A stretch of DNA of 48,565 nt from Hafnia phage Pocis76. Below, piece after piece: positions 44,829-48,565 of the stretch (positions within the stretch are counted from its first letter, which is position 1; every line of letters begins with the position of its first letter). Made by a program: the position numbers and the translations under genes. Under the pieces are notes generated by a model. It saw only the letters and a program-made list of their open reading frames with translations. It was not told the origin of the DNA and did not search any database. The DNA lies in the sequence record MW689258.1. One strand, written 5' to 3'.

Positions 44829-45044
44829 TTTTATTCTCTCAATCTTGGCTAGTAATTTACCGCTCACGTCGCTAACGCATTCATAAGTGCCATCTTCCAG
44901 CTCATTAAACGGCAATGATTGGCGGTAATTGTGGCCTATCATCCACTTGTTATTGATGAACTTAACTGGCCTAATCACATCACCTATGTTGAAACTAGCG
45001 GTTTCGCCGCCGATAACACGAAAACGAGATTCTTTTGTGATCAT
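44826..45044 (-). CDS. small hypothetical protein, SH3-like pattern
   Basis: FNIGDVIRPVKFINNKWMIGHNYRQSLPFNELEDGTYECV; stop TAG lies in operator. Confidence 0.6.
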   Translation of the reverse strand: MITKESRFRVIGGETASFNIGDVIRPVKFINNKWMIGHNYRQSLPFNELEDGTYECVSDVSGKLLAKIERIK

Positions 45045-45502
45045 TACGTTGCCCCATGATTTTTATGAAAGCCGTACAATCTATTTGCCTCCATTCTTGC
45101 AGCCTTTGCACTTTCCACTGAGTTAAATAATCCTAAATATTTCTTTTTTCCGTTTACATTTATTGCAGCCTCCCATTTTTGAGCGGCATTGCTCCAGTAA
45201 ACACCCATTTCGCCTGATGAAGATTTTATAACCCCCTTATTCTTTAAGTTTTCCGCGCGTGATACAAGTCTAAGGTTTTCTATTCTGTTATCAGCTCTAT
45301 CGTGGTTTATGTGGTCTATCTCAACGCCATCCGGTATATCGCCGTTAAACATCACCCAGACTATTCTATGTGCGTATGTTTTTACTCCCTTCGCTCCAAC
45401 TGACACATAGCCGTTTTTTGTTATTGATCCTGCTACCATGTCGCGCCTAACCCCTCGCCGCCACTCCTTCCAATATAGCGTTCCGTCGCTATACGTTAGC
45501 AT
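45044..45502 (-). CDS. HNH homing endonuclease with AP2-like C-terminus
   Basis: HRIVWVMFNGDIPDGVEIDHINHDRADNRIENLRLVSRAEN; GVYWSNAAQKWEAAINVNGKKKYLGLFNSVESAKAAR. Confidence 0.9.
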   Translation of the reverse strand: MLTYSDGTLYWKEWRRGVRRDMVAGSITKNGYVSVGAKGVKTYAHRIVWVMFNGDIPDGVEIDHINHDRADNRIENLRLVSRAENLKNKGVIKSSSGEMGVYWSNAAQKWEAAINVNGKKKYLGLFNSVESAKAARMEANRLYGFHKNHGAT

Positions 45503-45525
45503 TTCAGATAATAGCTTTTCTTTTG

Positions 45526-45753
45526 TTAAAAGTATTTCGCTTGAAATTCTGCAATCGCACATTTGAAACCTACCTCGCAACGTTCTAATGTCCATTGTTC
45601 GCCTTGTGCATCAACAACATAACCAGCAACAGCACCCAAAACACGCCCCATAACAATCTCATATCGCTTGCCCTCTTTGAAGCATTTCCCAGCCGCCACA
45701 CTTTGAAAGTGGTGGTATACGCGAGTGCATTTGATAGTACGTTTCTTAGCCAT
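45526..45753 (-). CDS. small hypothetical protein, SH3-like pattern
   Basis: FKEGKRYEIVMGRVLGAVAGYVVDAQGEQWTL. Confidence 0.6.
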   Translation of the reverse strand: MAKKRTIKCTRVYHHFQSVAAGKCFKEGKRYEIVMGRVLGAVAGYVVDAQGEQWTLERCEVGFKCAIAEFQAKYF

Positions 45754-45769
45754 TTTATTACTCCGTGTT

Positions 45770-45826
45770 GTTTCGTTGGTTGTATATTAGCGGGTAGCGC
45801 GTACCCGCTTTTAACATTTTGTGCTA
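45770..45826 (-). promoter_or_regulatory. operator-promoter element
   Basis: minus strand TAGCACAAAATGTTAAAAG; TAATAT 45789-45784; N5; CAACGAAAC; 8-bp arms AGCGGGTA/TACCCGCT. Confidence 0.8.
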
Positions 45827-45827
45827 T

Positions 45828-46076
45828 TTACCAGAATGGGATGCACTCAGGGCAACCGCCAAACTCTTTGCATTCATCGTTACAGTATACGAACCCAGTT
45901 TCCTCGTCGTAGACGTCCGTCGATGATTCCTGATCCATATCCATATCGCCTAGTGCTTCATCAAGTGTCATTTCACCGAATGCAACACGCTTGCAAGTTT
46001 CGGCATTCAATCCAGCGTCCTGAGCCGCAACCAATCTAGCCATAAATGGATCGTCTGCCTTGTTAAAGTCCCGCAT
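45828..46076 (-). CDS. hypothetical acidic Cys-containing protein
   Basis: FVYCNDECKEFGGCPECIPFW. Confidence 0.55.
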   Translation of the reverse strand: MRDFNKADDPFMARLVAAQDAGLNAETCKRVAFGEMTLDEALGDMDMDQESSTDVYDEETGFVYCNDECKEFGGCPECIPFW

Positions 46077-46077
46077 T

Positions 46078-46197
46078 TTACACTCCTGCAATTACATGGT
46101 AAGCAATGAAGCCGATTGCACCGATTAAGCCCACACCAGCAGTTACAGCCATAGCGCCTACGCAGTAAAGAGCGATGTTATCAACCAGATTACGCAT
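46078..46197 (-). CDS. 39-aa single-TM peptide
   Basis: MRNLVDNIALYCVGAMAVTAGVGLIGAIGFIAYHVIAGV. Confidence 0.45.
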   Translation of the reverse strand: MRNLVDNIALYCVGAMAVTAGVGLIGAIGFIAYHVIAGV

Positions 46198-46211
46198 GTT
46201 TATTCCTCCCA

Positions 46212-46433
46212 TTAACGGTAGCTTTCGATGTACACAGAATTTGCAGTCAAAATTGCGCGAACGTCTGCCAGTGTAGCGCGGCGCAGAATTCCGTTTGGAT
46301 GTTCGCCAACAACATAATCATTAGTGCGCTTTGTAATCACCATCTGGTAAATACCGCTTGCAGCATCCATTTTTAGGATTACGCGACCGTTGCGCTCAAC
46401 GTGCTTGATGATGTTTTCTGCTTTGATATTCAT
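46212..46433 (-). CDS. hypothetical protein
   Basis: start MNIKAENIIKHVER downstream of the promoter element. Confidence 0.6.
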   Translation of the reverse strand: MNIKAENIIKHVERNGRVILKMDAASGIYQMVITKRTNDYVVGEHPNGILRRATLADVRAILTANSVYIESYR

Positions 46434-46448
46434 TTTATTCTCCGGTTT

Positions 46449-46505
46449 GTTTCGATGCGTGTATATTAGCGCTTTCTTCCTGACTGGTTTTAGCAATTCG
46501 TGCTA
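46449..46505 (-). promoter_or_regulatory. operator-promoter element
   Basis: minus strand TAGCACGAATTGCTAAAAC; TAATAT 46468-46463; N5; CATCGAAAC. Confidence 0.85.
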
Positions 46506-46805
46506 TTTTGCCGATCCGTAACCGTGGCATACCTCCAAGGTATCGCGCATTGCCAGCCCGAGCCTATCTTCTGGAATTGAGTCAACAATGCTTTTAATGC
46601 TCGCCTTGTCAAAACCATCAAGGCCAAGATTTATCCCAACAATGCAAGTCTCAGTAAGCTGTGACTTCACTCCAGCATCATTGAAATCGTAAGTTCTCGC
46701 TATATTGCTGGCGACAAGCTTTGCCAGATCACTGTAATTGTTGCTTTCGGCGGCACAACCAAAAGCCATAGTTGCACCAATCAGAGCCGTTAAAATCTTT
46801 TTCAT
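46503..46805 (-). CDS. small exported protein
   Basis: signal-peptide-like MKKILTALIGATMAFGCAAE; stop TAG lies in operator. Confidence 0.6.
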   Translation of the reverse strand: MKKILTALIGATMAFGCAAESNNYSDLAKLVASNIARTYDFNDAGVKSQLTETCIVGINLGLDGFDKASIKSIVDSIPEDRLGLAMRDTLEVCHGYGSAK

Positions 46806-47227
46806 TACATCCACTCCCCGCTAACGATGAACTTTGTAAAGTGGTCTTGGTCAACAATAACGCCACTCCCAAGTAACGGATGTAGCATTTCTGGGTGCTT
46901 GTCTGCGTAATCACGCTTGCGATCCGAAATCCATCCGATATAGTCAACCATCAACTCGGTTCCTGTTTTCTTGTCGTTGGTGGCGCAGCAGTAAGCGATA
47001 AAGCGGATGTTTGTATCTGGGTTAATCGCGCTCTTGTAGTAGTTAACTTTGGCCTCAAAGCTCTCTTTTTCGCTAATCACTGGAACCAGATCTCCATCGC
47101 GAACCATATCGTTAAACAGCGCGACGCTCATCATCGCAGATTCCATGTAGACTCCATCTTTGCCCATCATAACAACGCCGTTTTCGATGTAATACTCGAT
47201 GTTGTTCAGTGTGTTTCGGTATTTCAT
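46805..47227 (-). CDS. hypothetical protein
   Basis: start MKYRNTLNNIEYY downstream of promoter element. Confidence 0.6.
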   Translation of the reverse strand: MKYRNTLNNIEYYIENGVVMMGKDGVYMESAMMSVALFNDMVRDGDLVPVISEKESFEAKVNYYKSAINPDTNIRFIAYCCATNDKKTGTELMVDYIGWISDRKRDYADKHPEMLHPLLGSGVIVDQDHFTKFIVSGEWM

Positions 47228-47244
47228 TGTGATTTCCTTGTTTG

Positions 47245-47301
47245 TTGTCGATGGAGGTATACTATCAACCTCCACCGATTGAGTTTTAGCAAAAAGTGCT
47301 A
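47245..47301 (-). promoter_or_regulatory. operator-promoter element
   Basis: minus strand TAGCACTTTTTGCTAAAAC; TAGTAT 47264-47259; N5; CATCGACAAC; 7-bp arms TGGAGGT/ACCTCCA flank the -10. Confidence 0.85.
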
Positions 47302-47302
47302 T

Positions 47303-47500
47303 TTAGAGGAATGCGTAAACCATTGAGATAATCATTCCAAGCAGCAAGCATGAGCAAACGCTGCCAGCGCCAACAAAGAAAACCTTGGCTGCAAAGTCAT
47401 TACGCATATCGGTAGCGATAGACCATACAAGGCCGACCAGCATGACAAGCATAGAAACGATGCACGACACGACAAGAATCTTTTCAACAATAGACATCAT
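47303..47500 (-). CDS. small membrane protein
   Basis: two hydrophobic segments. Confidence 0.55.
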   Translation of the reverse strand: MMSIVEKILVVSCIVSMLVMLVGLVWSIATDMRNDFAAKVFFVGAGSVCSCLLLGMIISMVYAFL

Positions 47501-47724
47501 TACTTCACCTCAATAGTTGCGTCATAAACAGGAATCACTTGCTTGAGCGACCGGAAAGCGGTTGTATATTCACGCCCAATCTTGATCCAGCACTCTGATA
47601 TTTCCATCCAGACGTAACGGTCATGATAAGCGCGACCGCTAACACGGCTAAACTTCATTTCACTAGTATCAACAAAAACAGGCGTGTTGAGTGCGTCACG
47701 GTAAATCTTGCCAGTCAATTTCAT
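47500..47724 (-). CDS. hypothetical protein
   Basis: ORF track. Confidence 0.6.
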   Translation of the reverse strand: MKLTGKIYRDALNTPVFVDTSEMKFSRVSGRAYHDRYVWMEISECWIKIGREYTTAFRSLKQVIPVYDATIEVK

Positions 47725-47798
47725 TTGAAATGCTCCATAATCAAGCCAGTTAAGATGATGCAGGTCATAAACACAGCTGCGTAAATCATGTTATCCAT
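47721..47798 (-). CDS. 25-aa single-TM peptide
   Basis: MDNMIYAAVFMTCIILTGLIMEHFK; overlaps both neighbours. Confidence 0.4.
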   Translation of the reverse strand: MDNMIYAAVFMTCIILTGLIMEHFK

Positions 47799-48001
47799 CA
47801 GCCTACAACCTCAAAAACTGTTTCGCCATCAGACAGTGCAAAGTGCTTGTTACCGATCTGCTTTACACGCCAAACCATACCGCTGTGATAAGTAACCATT
47901 TCCTCTAGGTCAAGATCAAGTACAGTCCCAACTTTAAAGATGCCTTTGGTTAGCTCGTCGTTACGGCTGATAACTTTAACTTGAATCTGATCGTCAAACA
48001 T
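47798..48001 (-). CDS. small hypothetical protein, SH3-like pattern
   Basis: start moved to MFDDQIQVKV because the ORF-track start lies upstream of the inferred TSS; FKVGTVLDLDLEEMVTYHSGMVWRVKQIGNKHFALSDG. Confidence 0.6.
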   Translation of the reverse strand: MFDDQIQVKVISRNDELTKGIFKVGTVLDLDLEEMVTYHSGMVWRVKQIGNKHFALSDGETVFEVVG

Positions 48002-48021
48002 TTCTCTAAGTCCTCTATCGT

Positions 48022-48078
48022 TTGTTGATGGGTGCATTATGCCAACTTCCATCACTCATGTTTTAGCAATTCGTGCTA
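48022..48078 (-). promoter_or_regulatory. operator-promoter element
   Basis: minus strand TAGCACGAATTGCTAAAAC; CATAAT 48041-48036; N5; CATCAACAAAC. Confidence 0.85.
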
Positions 48079-48274
48079 CTCTATAAAGTTTGTCGTCCAC
48101 ATATTCCAGACTGATAACGCCACTCTCAATCAGTCCGTCAATTGTTTGGCTTACCCATCCAGTTTGAACCACGTCAGTAAAATAATAATGCAAGCAATAT
48201 GTGAAACGCTGTTTTATTATCTTGCTCTTGCTTTTCTTTAGACAGCTAAGGAACCTTTCCTCGTCGCGCGTCAT
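48056..48274 (-). CDS. hypothetical protein whose C-terminus (ARIAKT) is encoded by the operator
   Basis: ORF track. Confidence 0.6.
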   Translation of the reverse strand: MTRDEERFLSCLKKSKSKIIKQRFTYCLHYYFTDVVQTGWVSQTIDGLIESGVISLEYVDDKLYRVARIAKT

Positions 48275-48286
48275 TACTCCCCCTAT

Positions 48287-48565
48287 TTAGAAAACCTCTG
48301 GCATTTCTTTTGCGACAAACTTAATCACGTTGCGCAGTTGCCTTTCGTCAAAGATTGTGGCTGGCAGCTCCTCCTTGATTTCCTGTGGTAGGTAGATGTT
48401 GCCACCCCAAGTCAGCTTGTCGTCGTGAATGGTGTAACTGAACATCCACTCGCACTCGTTGTCAGCTTGCCAGAAGCAAAGCGCCATGCGTTCACCCAAG
48501 TCCTCAACGGTAAGCTCAAGACCGCGAGATTTTGCCATGTTGAAAGTGGTTTTGCTGATATTCAT
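48287..48565 (-). CDS. hypothetical protein starting at the window edge
   Basis: ORF track; ATG is the last three bases of the window. Confidence 0.55.
   Translation of the reverse strand: MNISKTTFNMAKSRGLELTVEDLGERMALCFWQADNECEWMFSYTIHDDKLTWGGNIYLPQEIKEELPATIFDERQLRNVIKFVAKEMPEVF

Noticed and set aside
45512-45531. TAGCTTTTCTTTTGTTAAAAG near the HNH gene start as an operator remnant
   Set aside because: Left half and spacing are wrong; likely chance in an A/T-rich junction, though a relic at the insertion site is possible.
1034-48078. Dispersed TAGCAC repeats as a CRISPR array
   Set aside because: Repeats are separated by genes, occur on both strands, and have a fixed distance to -10 boxes; no spacers or cas genes.
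1034-48078. Host SlyA/MarR-type sites as the explanation of the TAGCA...TGCTA motif
   Set aside because: SlyA consensus half-sites are similar, but the spacing differs (15-bp site with a longer central spacer here). Cannot be excluded without binding tests, but a phage HTH beside an operator is a simpler candidate.
9-48517. Many antisense ORFs in the track, e.g. 541-747 -, 8114-8443 -, 9830-10159 -, 26362-26544 -, 45821-46039 +
   Set aside because: They lie opposite well-supported genes, lack RBS and homology-like features, and are expected by chance in long coding regions.
1-48565. Temperate phage interpretation
   Set aside because: No integrase, excisionase, parAB or clear attachment-site candidate. 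The HTH gene alone is not sufficient, and its position suggests a lytic switch instead, although this is not proven.

Overview
This window looks like a complete or near-complete genome of a tailed siphovirus with a lambda-like tail, probably infecting a Gram-negative host. The left arm (about 0.4-8.1 kb, + strand) holds many small early genes. It is followed by DNA packaging, head and tail genes (8.2-28.6 kb), then a recombination module of RecE-like exonuclease, ERF annealase and SSB (29.1-31.7 kb). Leftward genes follow: an S74-chaperone tail fiber, a zinc-ribbon primase-like protein and a Cro/YdaS-like HTH protein. Rightward genes then encode a helicase, VRR-NUC nuclease, N6-adenine methyltransferase, metallophosphoesterase and a lysis cassette (holin, SAR endolysin, u-spanin-like protein). 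A leftward early block (42.4-48.5 kb) ends the window. No integrase, tRNA or CRISPR array was found. The most interesting signal is a dispersed regulatory element not captured by the ORF track. A 15-bp inverted repeat, TAGCAC-N4-TGYTA, followed by AAAAC or AAAAG, occurs 17 times exactly 37 nt upstream of a -10-like hexamer and without a recognisable -35 box. In most copies the -10 is followed by N5 and a conserved leader, CATCGAAAC. Most copies also carry an inverted repeat whose arm sequences differ from site to site. Inferred geometry puts the operator centre near -41/-42, as for a class II activator. The same operator sits in repressor-like positions at four canonical-looking sigma70 promoters: major capsid, tail-tip J, tail fiber and the HTH gene itself. 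I propose, as inference, that one HTH protein switches early and late genes genome-wide and represses itself. Other findings are two diverged copies of a roughly 350-bp control/ori-like region, a -1 frameshift tail chaperone, and late promoters embedded in terminators.
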